The notes beneath the pieces were generated by a model. The model had not been told where the DNA came from. It made no database searches and was given only the letters and a program-made list of their open reading frames with translations. The position numbers were made by a program, and so were the translations under genes. Of a stretch of 64,000 bases of DNA, positions 9,286-19,479 are shown in pieces. Source of the stretch: a bacterium (GTDB taxonomy: Bacteria; Zhuqueibacterota; Zhuqueibacteria; Residuimicrobiales; Krinioviventaceae); NCBI GenBank assembly GCA_963674595.2, contig CAXXFV010000023.1, positions 32,001 through 96,000 of the forward strand. The letters run 5' to 3'. Every line of letters begins with the position of its first letter. Within the stretch, counting starts at the first letter, position 1.

Positions 9286-11823
9286 TTGAAACATAAGAAA
9301 AGTTACTGTTTTAGTAAGGAAGGTTGGCTGTTTTTATTCCTGGTTGGCTTGCTTTTTATTAATGTTTGTTTCAGTTTTTCAAAACAGCTTGATAACAACA
9401 TAATGTATCGTTTTGATGCCGGAATGGATTCCTGTACATCTCGTACGGATATTACTATTTCCCCGGATGATTTATATCATCCCGCAAAAGGGTATGGTTG
9501 GACAAATCCTCCTTTAACCACATTCCACCGTTCACAATTAAAAAGGTCCCGTAATTCATTCACCATTGATGGAGTAACGGCAAAGAATGTTGCCTTTCGT
9601 GCTGACGTACAGCCCGGAATATGGCATTTTTTACTGTGGATGGAATCCGGGATTGAAGATTCCTGCACGGCCCTTTTGGTTGTCAATGAAAAGTCTGTTC
9701 CGCTTGGCTGGCATAGTTTTTCAAAATCAGCCGAACCACCTACCCGGTTAAAAAAAACATATCGTTTTTTTCAGCAGGCATTTGATGTAACAGAGCAATC
9801 ATTTTCGTTCCAAATGACAGGTGTGCAGGATTCGTTAAGAATATTGGGCTTTGCGCTTATTCCCGATAAAAAACCGCAAACGGAAATTGAAAACCGGCTT
9901 TTTGAGAAAATTAGCCAGGCCGGACGTTATAAGTCTGATTTGTCCTTATCCTCGCTTTTGACAGAGTTTGAAAAGTTAAAAACAAAAAATCCTCTGGACC
10001 CTTTTTACGGCTATTGGTATGAACAGATTTTTCATCTTTTATCCGCTGAAAAATTGATCAATATGAAGGGCTGGGAATGGGCCATGGAACAAACCGGGCT
10101 CGGCATTTTCCCGCGTTATTATCAATGTGTTATGTTGTTGGACGGGATTTTAAACAATAATGTTGATAATTCCCCGCTGTTTGAAAGGGCGCTTTGGTAC
10201 CGTGGTAAAATATTATACTGGCTGGTTCAGGAAGGAAGTGGCGCCGGTTCCCGTATACAATATATTAAAGATCTTTCCTGTTTGAAAAATAAATATCCGA
10301 ATGATCCTGTACTGAAAATGTATCTTGGTGAACAGGTCCCCACTCCTGCATTGTGCGATACCTTAAAGCCTGGTCCGGATGTTCCGGACTGGGCTTATTG
10401 GCAGTACCGGGTTTTGTGTAAAATGCAAAATATTGCACATTGGTGGGTAAACGAAGCTCAGGCGGACAATGGTGAACTTGGCGGCAAATTGGGTGATGAT
10501 GTTGAGATTCTCAGATGGTGGTCAACTTTATTGGTAATGGGGGATAAAACCGTCATCAAAGGCTGGAAAAAATTAGCCGATTGTGTGTGGACTCATCCTA
10601 AAACATATAACGGATATTCGGCCCGGCCGCTGGATGTTGAACATGCGGCCGAATACATTGCTGATTCAGCGCCCCAGTTGCCTCTTGTGTTGGATGACAG
10701 CATTTATACAAATCGTTTGAAATTTTCCGCAGATTATTTTGATACGTTATGGACCGGGTTCAATAATAACAAAAACCGGTTTTTCCGTTCAGCATGGTTC
10801 AGTTCTACAAAAGTTTTGTCGGAACCTCCGCGAAACCGAGATGTGGATTATAACGCCCGTGCCGTTAAAGCGGTCCGTTACTGGGCATGGCTGAAAAACG
10901 ATCCCCGGATCATTCAATCGTTATATGAATGGTCAAGCTCCTGGGCAACGGTATCCATGCAAACTGACAAAGGAAAACCAAAAGGTCTTGTGCCTGTTTC
11001 TGTTCGCTTTCCTGATGAAATGGTTAATGGAGAGGTCCCGGATTGGTACAGTACAAATATGTACTGGGGGTACTTTAACTGGAAACACCATGCCGGGGCC
11101 ATGGTTTTGGATCAGTTATTATTTTCCTATATGATGAGTAAAGACGATTTTTTGTTACAACCACTGAATACAACTCTTGTACTTTTACAGAAATATTTAG
11201 CAAAACCGCCGATAAATCCGGAATATGGTTCGGAGCAATGGGCTGTTGACGTACTTTATTCAAACGGCTTTTTTTGGAACGTTGCTTCTGAGTGGAGGCT
11301 TGTAACCGATGATCCTCGGTTTGATGAATTGTTTCTCAAATATGGTCCGCCTTTTATCCGATATTATCTGACAGGACAAGAAGAGCTTCTTGTCAATCAT
11401 CTGAGGGAAATGGATGAAAAATTATCATATAATTTTCAAATGGTTACCTCTGAAGCAATGCATACGGACAGGGTCTATGTGCGCGGATATGAAGATGTAA
11501 AAGCCATGCTCACCGGTGATTTGGTCCACGAAAGCATGTCCCCCTATTATATCCTTACCTGGGAAAATACCCGATCCGGTTTTACGGCCTTTGTGAAAGA
11601 TTTTAAAAAGGATTATCTCAGGATAGAATCCTATAATTTTTTGCCTCAACAGCAAAAACCAACGATCCGATTATGGAATTTGGAACCCGGACGTTATGAA
11701 ATGGTGGTCCGTGTAAATGGCAATGAAAAACACCAGTTTTTCCAACATAAAGTAAAAGGAACGCGTGTATCGTTGGATTTATTGCCTCAGCTATTAACAG
11801 AAATAGTTATACAAAAACAGTAA
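9286..11823 (+). CDS. Secreted hypothetical carbohydrate-active protein (N-terminal galactose-binding-like domain, C-terminal alpha/alpha-toroid-like domain)
   Basis: N-terminal hydrophobic segment; YRFDAG...KGYGW start; Trp/Tyr-rich helical region with QADNGELGGKLGDDVE; locus context. Confidence 0.5.
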   Translation: MKHKKSYCFSKEGWLFLFLVGLLFINVCFSFSKQLDNNIMYRFDAGMDSCTSRTDITISPDDLYHPAKGYGWTNPPLTTFHRSQLKRSRNSFTIDGVTAKNVAFRADVQPGIWHFLLWMESGIEDSCTALLVVNEKSVPLGWHSFSKSAEPPTRLKKTYRFFQQAFDVTEQSFSFQMTGVQDSLRILGFALIPDKKPQTEIENRLFEKISQAGRYKSDLSLSSLLTEFEKLKTKNPLDPFYGYWYEQIFHLLSAEKLINMKGWEWAMEQTGLGIFPRYYQCVMLLDGILNNNVDNSPLFERALWYRGKILYWLVQEGSGAGSRIQYIKDLSCLKNKYPNDPVLKMYLGEQVPTPALCDTLKPGPDVPDWAYWQYRVLCKMQNIAHWWVNEAQADNGELGGKLGDDVEILRWWSTLLVMGDKTVIKGWKKLADCVWTHPKTYNGYSARPLDVEHAAEYIADSAPQLPLVLDDSIYTNRLKFSADYFDTLWTGFNNNKNRFFRSAWFSSTKVLSEPPRNRDVDYNARAVKAVRYWAWLKNDPRIIQSLYEWSSSWATVSMQTDKGKPKGLVPVSVRFPDEMVNGEVPDWYSTNMYWGYFNWKHHAGAMVLDQLLFSYMMSKDDFLLQPLNTTLVLLQKYLAKPPINPEYGSEQWAVDVLYSNGFFWNVASEWRLVTDDPRFDELFLKYGPPFIRYYLTGQEELLVNHLREMDEKLSYNFQMVTSEAMHTDRVYVRGYEDVKAMLTGDLVHESMSPYYILTWENTRSGFTAFVKDFKKDYLRIESYNFLPQQQKPTIRLWNLEPGRYEMVVRVNGNEKHQFFQHKVKGTRVSLDLLPQLLTEIVIQKQ

Positions 11824-11842
11824 CATAAAAACAGGTTTAATT

Positions 11843-13600
11843 GTGCAGCTTTCTCTACCAGACTGGATTATAATTTTATCCTATGTATTGTTCACACTCG
11901 TTGTGGTTTTCTTTTATGTGAGGCGGGCCGGACGTGGGACTGACGAATTTTTTGCGGCCGGGCGTTCGCTGCCCTGGTGGCTGTTGGGTACTTCCATGGT
12001 TGCCACCACCTTTAGTACAGATACACCCAATTTAATTACAAATGTTATTCGTGAAAAGGGTGTTGCCGGCAATTGGATTTGGTGGTCCTTTTTGTTGACC
12101 GGTATGATGACGGTGTTTTTTTATGCCCGGTTATGGCGCCGCTCCCAGGTATTAACTGATTTGGAATTTTACGAAATCCGTTATTCCGGCACATCGGCGG
12201 CAATTGTTCGGGGTTTTCGGGCCCTTTATCTGGGATTGTTTTTTAACTGCGTTATTATGGCAACCGTTACCCTGGCTGCGGCAAAAATAGCCAATGTTTT
12301 GTTTGGTTGGTCACGGCTCGAAACGGTCATTTATGGCTCTATTGCCGCTGTTGTGTTTACCGCGCTATCCGGATTATGGGGTGTGGTTGTAACGGACCTT
12401 ATCCAGTTTATTATGGCAATGACCGGCGCCGTTGCAGCAGCTTATTTTGCTTTACAGCACGAGGCTGTCGGAGGCCTGGACGGGCTTGTATCTAAACTTG
12501 ATCCGCAGACATTACAGCTTTTACCGGATTTTGGTAACTGGGAGCTTGTTGTTACGGTCCTTATTATTCCCTTGACGATTCAATGGTGGTCGGTGTGGTA
12601 CCCCGGTGCGGAACCCGGCGGCGGCAGTTATATTGCGCAGAGAATGCTGGCGGCCAAAGATGAAAAACATGCCTTTAAAGCGACGTTGTGGTTCAATATT
12701 GCCCACAATTGTTTGCGTCCCTGGCCGTGGATTATTGTGGCCCTGGCCTCCATGCTGGTGTTCCCGGAACTATCGGATATACAAAAAATGTTTCCACACG
12801 CTGCGGCTGACCTTATCGGCCATGATATGGCCTATCCGGCCATGCTTGTGTTTCTGCCGACCGGATTTAAAGGGATAATGGTTGCTTCTTTATGTGCCGC
12901 CTATTTGTCCACTATGGATACCAGTTTAAACTGGGGAGCATCCTATCTTGTTCATGATTTTTACAGACGATTTATGCAAAAACAAAGGACGGAACGGCAC
13001 TATGTCAAAGTGTCCCGGTTTGTCACCTGCGGCCTCATGATCATCACTGCCGGTATTACATTTTTGCTTGTATCGGCCCGCGAAAGTTTTCAACTGTTGT
13101 TATCCATAGGCGCCGGAACAGGTTTGATCTATCTGTTGAGATGGTTCTGGTGGCGGATTAATGCCTGGTCAGAGATCGCTGCCATGACAGGTTCTTTTAT
13201 TTGTTCTATTGTTTTGTTTTTTATAAATAAATCAGGCCATGCCATCCCTTCTCATATTTCGCTGATCATAACCGTTTTTTTTACAACATTAATCTGGTAT
13301 TTAGTGACGCTGCTGACAAAACCGGATTCCCAGGAAACATTGGAACGTTTTTACAAACTGGTCCGTCCTTTTGGATCCGGCTGGAAAATGATCCGTGAAA
13401 AAAGTAATTTACCACCGTCTCCGGATAGCCTGCCTCATTGTTTTTTAGGCTGGATTTTGGGTTGTGTTTTCGTCTATTCCGCATTGTTCGGGACCGGACA
13501 TATTGTCTATGGTCAATATTGGCAGGCAGGCGTTTTTGCTGTTGTTACGCTTTCAAGTGGTATCGGTTTGGGCTGGTTGTTACCGAAAATTTTAAAATGA
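11843..13600 (+). CDS. Sodium:solute symporter (SSS) family transporter
   Basis: EFFAAGRSLPWW, SMVATTFSTDTP, EIRYSG, VVVTDLIQF, YIAQRMLAAKDE. Confidence 0.92.
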   Translation: MQLSLPDWIIILSYVLFTLVVVFFYVRRAGRGTDEFFAAGRSLPWWLLGTSMVATTFSTDTPNLITNVIREKGVAGNWIWWSFLLTGMMTVFFYARLWRRSQVLTDLEFYEIRYSGTSAAIVRGFRALYLGLFFNCVIMATVTLAAAKIANVLFGWSRLETVIYGSIAAVVFTALSGLWGVVVTDLIQFIMAMTGAVAAAYFALQHEAVGGLDGLVSKLDPQTLQLLPDFGNWELVVTVLIIPLTIQWWSVWYPGAEPGGGSYIAQRMLAAKDEKHAFKATLWFNIAHNCLRPWPWIIVALASMLVFPELSDIQKMFPHAAADLIGHDMAYPAMLVFLPTGFKGIMVASLCAAYLSTMDTSLNWGASYLVHDFYRRFMQKQRTERHYVKVSRFVTCGLMIITAGITFLLVSARESFQLLLSIGAGTGLIYLLRWFWWRINAWSEIAAMTGSFICSIVLFFINKSGHAIPSHISLIITVFFTTLIWYLVTLLTKPDSQETLERFYKLVRPFGSGWKMIREKSNLPPSPDSLPHCFLGWILGCVFVYSALFGTGHIVYGQYWQAGVFAVVTLSSGIGLGWLLPKILK

Positions 13601-13615
13601 TATGTGGATTTTTAA

Positions 13616-14686
13616 ATGACATCAAAAGAACGAGTATTAGCCGCTGTTAATCACAGGGAATCGGACCGGGTCCCCATTACCTTTGACGCTGAAATGGAAG
13701 TGTATATAAATTTATTCAAATCCCTGGGTATTAATACCCGTGAAGAATTATTTGATTTTCTTAATGTTGACACCTGGATGATTTTGCCTGAAAATTTTAT
13801 CTATCCAAAGGACCAGGAAAATTTGATGACAAAAACATCGATATGGGGGTTTCGGACAAAAAATACCTTTTATAGCGGCGGCAGTTATGATGAATTGTCA
13901 TGGTCTCCCCTGGCAGGGGAAAATGATATTGATGATATAAAAAAATTTCCGTGGCCGTCTGATGATGCGTTAGGTTTTTCCGGATTTCCTGCTGAAATTG
14001 ATCTTTATAAACAACGGGCCATTATCGGCGTGTTTACCTGGGGCGCTTATTTTATTGCCACCCATGTGCGCGGCATTGAAAATTTAATGCTCGATTTTGC
14101 CCTGAATAAAAAATATGCCCACTATTTAATCGATACCATTGCGGACCGTTCCTTGTTTTTTTTGGAAAAAATGTTGAACGAATATGGTGATGGGATTGAT
14201 ATCGTTTACATGGCGGACGATTATTGTTCGCAAATCGGACCCTTTTTTAGTCCGGACAATTTTACAGAATTTGTCGTACCCTATCTTTCCAAGTTAGTGG
14301 AAACGGTACACAAACATGATAAAAAATTTCTGCTGCACGTGTGCGGCGCGGTCCGGCCTTTACTGCCGATGATTATTGATGCCGGTGTGGATATGCTGGA
14401 GCCGATTCAAACACGGGCACAGGGCATGGGGCCCGAAGGACTGAAACAGGACTTTGGCAAAGATATCTGTTTTTATGGGGGAATGGATTTGCAGCATATC
14501 CTTTGTCATGGTACAGAACAGCAGGTCGCTGAAGAAGCGCGATTCCTGATTGATGTGCTGGGTAAAGACGGCGGTTATATATTTGGTCCCGGTCATACAT
14601 ATATTCAGGTGGATGCGCCGTTGGAAAATATTTTGACAATGTATAAAACAGCTTATTCCTATCGCCCCCATTCGGTGAACAAGTAA
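13616..14686 (+). CDS. Uroporphyrinogen decarboxylase / MtaA-CmuA methyltransferase-like family protein
   Basis: MTSKERVLAAVNH..DRVP, RGIENLMLD, ADDY, LHVCG, PIQ, FYGGMDLQ, GGYIFGPGH. Confidence 0.85.
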   Translation: MTSKERVLAAVNHRESDRVPITFDAEMEVYINLFKSLGINTREELFDFLNVDTWMILPENFIYPKDQENLMTKTSIWGFRTKNTFYSGGSYDELSWSPLAGENDIDDIKKFPWPSDDALGFSGFPAEIDLYKQRAIIGVFTWGAYFIATHVRGIENLMLDFALNKKYAHYLIDTIADRSLFFLEKMLNEYGDGIDIVYMADDYCSQIGPFFSPDNFTEFVVPYLSKLVETVHKHDKKFLLHVCGAVRPLLPMIIDAGVDMLEPIQTRAQGMGPEGLKQDFGKDICFYGGMDLQHILCHGTEQQVAEEARFLIDVLGKDGGYIFGPGHTYIQVDAPLENILTMYKTAYSYRPHSVNK

Positions 14687-14697
14687 AAGGAGATTCT

Positions 14698-15945
14698 ATG
14701 GAAAACATGTCTGTTAAAACAAAACTGGCCCTGTTTTTTGCATCTATTGCACCCGGCATTTTTATGATTGGTTATAATATCGGGACCGGCAGCATTACAA
14801 CAATGGCTTCGGCCGGAGCAAAATATGGAATGACCCTGATATGGCCGTTGCTGCTGTCCTGTATTTTTACCTTTATTCTGATTTTTACTTTTGGACGATA
14901 CACAGCGGTTACCGGTGATACGGCGCTATACAGTTTTAAAAAATATTTTGGCAAGCCCTGGGCAATTTTTGTACTTATTTCTTTACTATTCAGCGAATGG
15001 GTGTCCTGTATGGGTGTGATGGGCATTGTTGTGCAGGTGGTTCAGGAATGGTCCCGACCACTGACAAGTTCCGGAAACGGATTTAACACGATTATTCTGG
15101 CTATGATTTTTGGTGCCATATTATATTTGATGTTTTTAAAAGGGCAGCATCAGTTTTTTGAAAAAATTCTGGGCGTTTTTGTTGCTATTATGGGCTTATC
15201 GTTCATCTTTACCATGTTTATGGTTATCCCGGACCCTGTGCAGGTATTAAAGGGCCTGGTACCCAGAATGCCAAAAGAATCCAATGCCGCTTTGTTAATG
15301 GCCGGTATGGTGGGAACAACAATGGGCGGGATTTTGTATGTCGTCCGGTCTATTTTAGTGCAGGAGAAGGGATGGACCGTTAAAGACCTGAAAACGGAAA
15401 AAAGAGACGCCTTTATTTCTTCATCAATCATGTTCCTTCTAAGTGTGGCTATTATGGCCTGTGCCGCCGGAACGTTATATCCACGGGGACTGGTTGTGGA
15501 AAACGCTATTGATATGGTCAAACTTTTGGAACCTCTTGCCGGACGGTTTGCCATTTCCATATTTGTGGCCGGCATTGTCAGCGCCGGATTGTCATCTCTG
15601 TTTCCCATTATCTTACTCGCGCCCTGGTTGTTTGCCGATTATAATAATAAACCCAGAAATTTGCGTTCCCTCAGTTCAAAACTACTGGTTTTGTTTGGTG
15701 TGCTGTTGGGACTGGTTGTGCCGATTTTTGGCGGCCGACCGGTCCTGGTGATGATTGTTGCCATGGCCCTGGCCGCAGTGGCCACACCGGTTGTGGTGTT
15801 GTTGATGACAATTTTAATCAATCGAAAAAAATTAATGGGTGAGCATACCGCCTCTGCAGGTTTGAATATATGGTTATGGCTTATTTTTATCTTTACGGTC
15901 TTTACGGCTGTTATCGGTATAATCGGTATTGCCGGACTCGTTTAA
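14698..15945 (+). CDS. NRAMP-family (MntH-like) transporter
   Basis: IAPG...IGTGSITT..SAGA.YG, AGMVGTT; ~11 TM segments; lacks the canonical DPGN. Confidence 0.8.
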   Translation: MENMSVKTKLALFFASIAPGIFMIGYNIGTGSITTMASAGAKYGMTLIWPLLLSCIFTFILIFTFGRYTAVTGDTALYSFKKYFGKPWAIFVLISLLFSEWVSCMGVMGIVVQVVQEWSRPLTSSGNGFNTIILAMIFGAILYLMFLKGQHQFFEKILGVFVAIMGLSFIFTMFMVIPDPVQVLKGLVPRMPKESNAALLMAGMVGTTMGGILYVVRSILVQEKGWTVKDLKTEKRDAFISSSIMFLLSVAIMACAAGTLYPRGLVVENAIDMVKLLEPLAGRFAISIFVAGIVSAGLSSLFPIILLAPWLFADYNNKPRNLRSLSSKLLVLFGVLLGLVVPIFGGRPVLVMIVAMALAAVATPVVVLLMTILINRKKLMGEHTASAGLNIWLWLIFIFTVFTAVIGIIGIAGLV

Positions 15946-15959
15946 AAATGGAGGAATGA

Positions 15960-16871
15960 ATGTATAACGAACAAATAACATGTGCATATTTATATATTAT
16001 TACAAAATACGGTTATCCACCGCCGGCAGAAAATACGATTGATTATTTAAAACAGATGAAAGAATTGGGATTTAAAAGTATTGAACTGGAAGGTATCCGC
16101 GAAAAACATCTTTTGGATATGTACAGCAGGCGCTTTGACATACATCAAAATTTGGAAAAGTTGAATTTGACGGTACCTTATTTTTGTGTTGTTTTGCCGG
16201 GACTTGCTTCGGCGGATAAAAAAGAACGTAATAAAAATATAACATTGTTTGAAATAGGCTGTAAAATCGCCCAATTGATTGGAGCCAAAGGAGTTCTCGA
16301 TAATGCACCGCTTCCGCCGTATCAGTTTCCGGATGATATTCCTGTTGTGCGCCATTATGACGAGGATGTTCTTTTAAATGCCCATTTGCCGCAAAATTTT
16401 AACTGGAAAAATTATTGGCCGGAATTAATTGAGACCTTTCGTAACGCCTGCGATATTGCCGCAAGCTATAATCTGACCTTTCAAATGCATCCCTGTCTGG
16501 GATCGCTGTCCTCAACATGCGATGCATTTTTATATTTTTATGACGCTGTCGGTCGTGACAATCTGCGTTTTAATTTTGATACGGCCAATCAATATATGCT
16601 AAAAGACAATCTCATTCTGTCCCTTTACCGCCTGGCTGATCACATCGATTATATTCATTTATCCGATAACCGTGGTTTAAAAGTAGAGCACTTGACACCC
16701 GGACAGGGCACTATCAATTGGGACCTGTTTTTTGAAACATTGGATAAAATCTCTTTCAAGGGGCATATCGGTTTGGATATTGGCGGCGCAGAATCCGGGA
16801 TTGATGATATTGAAAATGCCTATAAAACAGCCGCAGAATGGTTGTCCGATTCCTGGCAAAAGAAGGTATAA
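15960..16871 (+). CDS. Sugar-phosphate isomerase/epimerase (xylose-isomerase-like TIM barrel)
   Basis: LGFKSIEL, NFDTAN, YIHLSDN, EHLTPGQGTINW, FKGHIGLD. Confidence 0.85.
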   Translation: MYNEQITCAYLYIITKYGYPPPAENTIDYLKQMKELGFKSIELEGIREKHLLDMYSRRFDIHQNLEKLNLTVPYFCVVLPGLASADKKERNKNITLFEIGCKIAQLIGAKGVLDNAPLPPYQFPDDIPVVRHYDEDVLLNAHLPQNFNWKNYWPELIETFRNACDIAASYNLTFQMHPCLGSLSSTCDAFLYFYDAVGRDNLRFNFDTANQYMLKDNLILSLYRLADHIDYIHLSDNRGLKVEHLTPGQGTINWDLFFETLDKISFKGHIGLDIGGAESGIDDIENAYKTAAEWLSDSWQKKV

Positions 16872-19475
16872 ATGATGAAAAAAAATATTTTTTGTGTGTT
16901 CTGTTTTATATTTCTCGTTTCAACGTTTTCATTTGCTGAAGATTTGCACCTTGTGCCCTGGCCGCAAGAGGTAACCCGGCTGGACAGTGTTTATAGGTTC
17001 TCATCGGAAAATAGCCGGATTGTCATTGAACCGGAGAATGATTCGGATATGCAATTTGCAGCAAAGCAACTGCAACAGGAAATTAAAAATGATGCTGAAA
17101 TTGATATAAAAATTACCGATCAGGACAATCCGTCGGCTCAGATATTACTGACTTTAATGCCGAATAAAAAAACGATTAAAGAATTAAAAGAGAATGGACT
17201 GGTACTTGATGAGAAATTAGGTGATGAAGGGTATGTGCTTTTTGTACAACCGAAAAAAATTATCATTGCAGCAAAAACTTCAAGCGGTGTGTTTTATGGC
17301 GTACAAACACTTAAACAGCTTGTTCGGGTCCATATTGATAAAAACAGCATCCCCTGTGTAGCTGTCAGGGATTGGCCGACATTACAGCTTCGCGGCGTTT
17401 CCGACGATATCAGTCGCGGGCCCATTCCGACTATGGAATTTTTCAAAGAGTGCATTCGCCGCTATGCCGAGTTAAAAATCAATATGCTGAACTATTACAC
17501 GGAAAATGTGGTCAGGACGAAAAAACACGGTTGTTTTGCTCCTTCCGGGGCATTGACTTTGGAGCAAATCCGCGAGCTTTCCGGTTACGCAAAAAAATAT
17601 CATATCGATCTTGTGGGCTGTTTCCAGTCTTTTGGTCATTTTGAAAAAATTCTGGAATATCCTCAGTATGAACATCTGGGTGAGATGGGATCGTTATTAT
17701 CACCGGCTTATAAAGAGTCTTATCAACTGCTGGCCGATATTTACAGCGAGCTGGTGCCGGTTTATCCGTCGCCATATTTTACCGTTCTGTGTGATGAATT
17801 GTGGGCGTTGGGTAAAGGCGCCAGTGAAAAAATGGTAGCGGAAAAAGGACGCGCCCGGATCTTTGCCGACCATGTCAACTGGTTACATGATGAACTGGGA
17901 AAATATAATAAAAAGATCCTGGTTACCGCAGATGAACCGTTGCAGCACCCGGACATGTTCGATTTGATGAAAAAGGACATTATTCTTTTGCCCTGGGATT
18001 ATAGTGGTAAAGAATCCTTTAGCGACATGCTGCAACCCATAGCAGACCACGGATTTAATTTTCTGGTAACAACCGGTGTTAACGGCTGGCGGAAAACATT
18101 CCCTGTTTTAAATGAGAGTCTGGTAAATATTAAAAATTTTGTTCGTGACGGTGTTCGTTATAATGCTTTGGGTATGTTAAACACGACCTGGGACGAATGG
18201 GGCTCCGGATTTTTTACCAACAACTGGTATGGTATTGCCTACGGGGCGGATCAGGGTTGGCATTCGGAAAATTCTTATTCAGACGATTTCGGAAACAGAT
18301 TTTCTGCTGCAATTTATGGTGATAAATCAGCAACTGTTTACAAGGTAATAAAAACCTTAACTGATGTGGCGAGCATTCCGCCGCTGCGGAACTATGAATC
18401 AACCGTATTTTTCAGTCGTCTTTTCCCGGATGTTGGATTGTCTGCCCAGTTGTCAATTCTTTACTGGAATGATTTGAAAGCAGCAGGTGAAAAAGCATTA
18501 CAACTGTTACAAAAGAGCCCAACAGCGTTGTACAGCAAAGACATGTTATATTTACGCTACGCGGCTGATCAGTTGATTTTTATGGCGGATTACCGAATGG
18601 CCGTGCTTCAGACTGCTGAATATTATCGCCAGGCTTGTTTGAACCAGAATGATAAAGACGCGTGTAGAAATTATTTATTAAAATCCATTGAATTGTTGTC
18701 ATCCATTCGTCAGCGTTGGCAAGGGCTTGAAGAACAGCACAAAAATTTATGGCTTTTGGAAAACAGGAGCTATTGGCTGGAAAATATTGTCGAGCAATTT
18801 CAGTTGCTGGAAAATGATTTGGATGATGTTATCGGACGTTTGACAAACGCCTATTCTGATTTTGAAAAGGGTATCTTTTTGCCGTCACCGGCGCGAGTGC
18901 GGTTGGCTGTTAAAGAGTTAAGGGGAAATTTTTTCCAGACCTGGCTTTTATGCGGCAGTTTTCCCAATCCAAAAGACAATCCCGATGCGCCTTCTCATTC
19001 ACCGGCATGTGTCGGATTTCGAACGGATTATTTAACGGCCATTGGCGGTGAAACGAATGCCAAACCGACCGAAGGGCTTTATGTACAAAGACCGGAAAAG
19101 TCCCAAATTTCATGGAAAATGCATACCACCAACCTTGGTGCTAAAATCGATCTGAAAAATTTGTTTGATTTTGCGGAACGGTCTGTAGCCTATGCCTATT
19201 GCGAAATTATGGCACCGGAAAATATGACCGTCAAGGCGGCTCTGGGCAGCAATGACGGGGTTAAAGTCTTTCTGAACGGCCGTTTGCTCCATGAAAAACA
19301 TGAACTGCGCTTTGTTAAAATCGATGAAGACGTGGTAGATTTTTCATTGCAAAAGGGCACAAACAGAGTGTTGCTGAAAATTGATCAGGGACGCGGCAAG
19401 TGGGGTTTTGTCTTTCGTTTAAAAGACGTTCCGATTGAAAATCGTGGGAATCTTTATACCATTAAAGAGGAGTAA
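16872..19475 (+). CDS. GH20-like glycoside hydrolase with C-terminal beta-sandwich (PA14/galactose-binding-like) domain
   Basis: Signal peptide; LVPWPQ, DEGYVL, GVFYGVQTL.Q, DWP..RG..DDISRG; SFGH; catalytic CDE; C-terminal GSNDGVKVFLNG...KGTNRVLLK. Confidence 0.82.
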   Translation: MMKKNIFCVFCFIFLVSTFSFAEDLHLVPWPQEVTRLDSVYRFSSENSRIVIEPENDSDMQFAAKQLQQEIKNDAEIDIKITDQDNPSAQILLTLMPNKKTIKELKENGLVLDEKLGDEGYVLFVQPKKIIIAAKTSSGVFYGVQTLKQLVRVHIDKNSIPCVAVRDWPTLQLRGVSDDISRGPIPTMEFFKECIRRYAELKINMLNYYTENVVRTKKHGCFAPSGALTLEQIRELSGYAKKYHIDLVGCFQSFGHFEKILEYPQYEHLGEMGSLLSPAYKESYQLLADIYSELVPVYPSPYFTVLCDELWALGKGASEKMVAEKGRARIFADHVNWLHDELGKYNKKILVTADEPLQHPDMFDLMKKDIILLPWDYSGKESFSDMLQPIADHGFNFLVTTGVNGWRKTFPVLNESLVNIKNFVRDGVRYNALGMLNTTWDEWGSGFFTNNWYGIAYGADQGWHSENSYSDDFGNRFSAAIYGDKSATVYKVIKTLTDVASIPPLRNYESTVFFSRLFPDVGLSAQLSILYWNDLKAAGEKALQLLQKSPTALYSKDMLYLRYAADQLIFMADYRMAVLQTAEYYRQACLNQNDKDACRNYLLKSIELLSSIRQRWQGLEEQHKNLWLLENRSYWLENIVEQFQLLENDLDDVIGRLTNAYSDFEKGIFLPSPARVRLAVKELRGNFFQTWLLCGSFPNPKDNPDAPSHSPACVGFRTDYLTAIGGETNAKPTEGLYVQRPEKSQISWKMHTTNLGAKIDLKNLFDFAERSVAYAYCEIMAPENMTVKAALGSNDGVKVFLNGRLLHEKHELRFVKIDEDVVDFSLQKGTNRVLLKIDQGRGKWGFVFRLKDVPIENRGNLYTIKEE

Positions 19476-19479
19476 ATAA

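Noticed and set aside
13616-14686. Calling this gene hemE
   Set aside because: Lacks the HemE W.MRQAGR signature and has no tetrapyrrole gene context.
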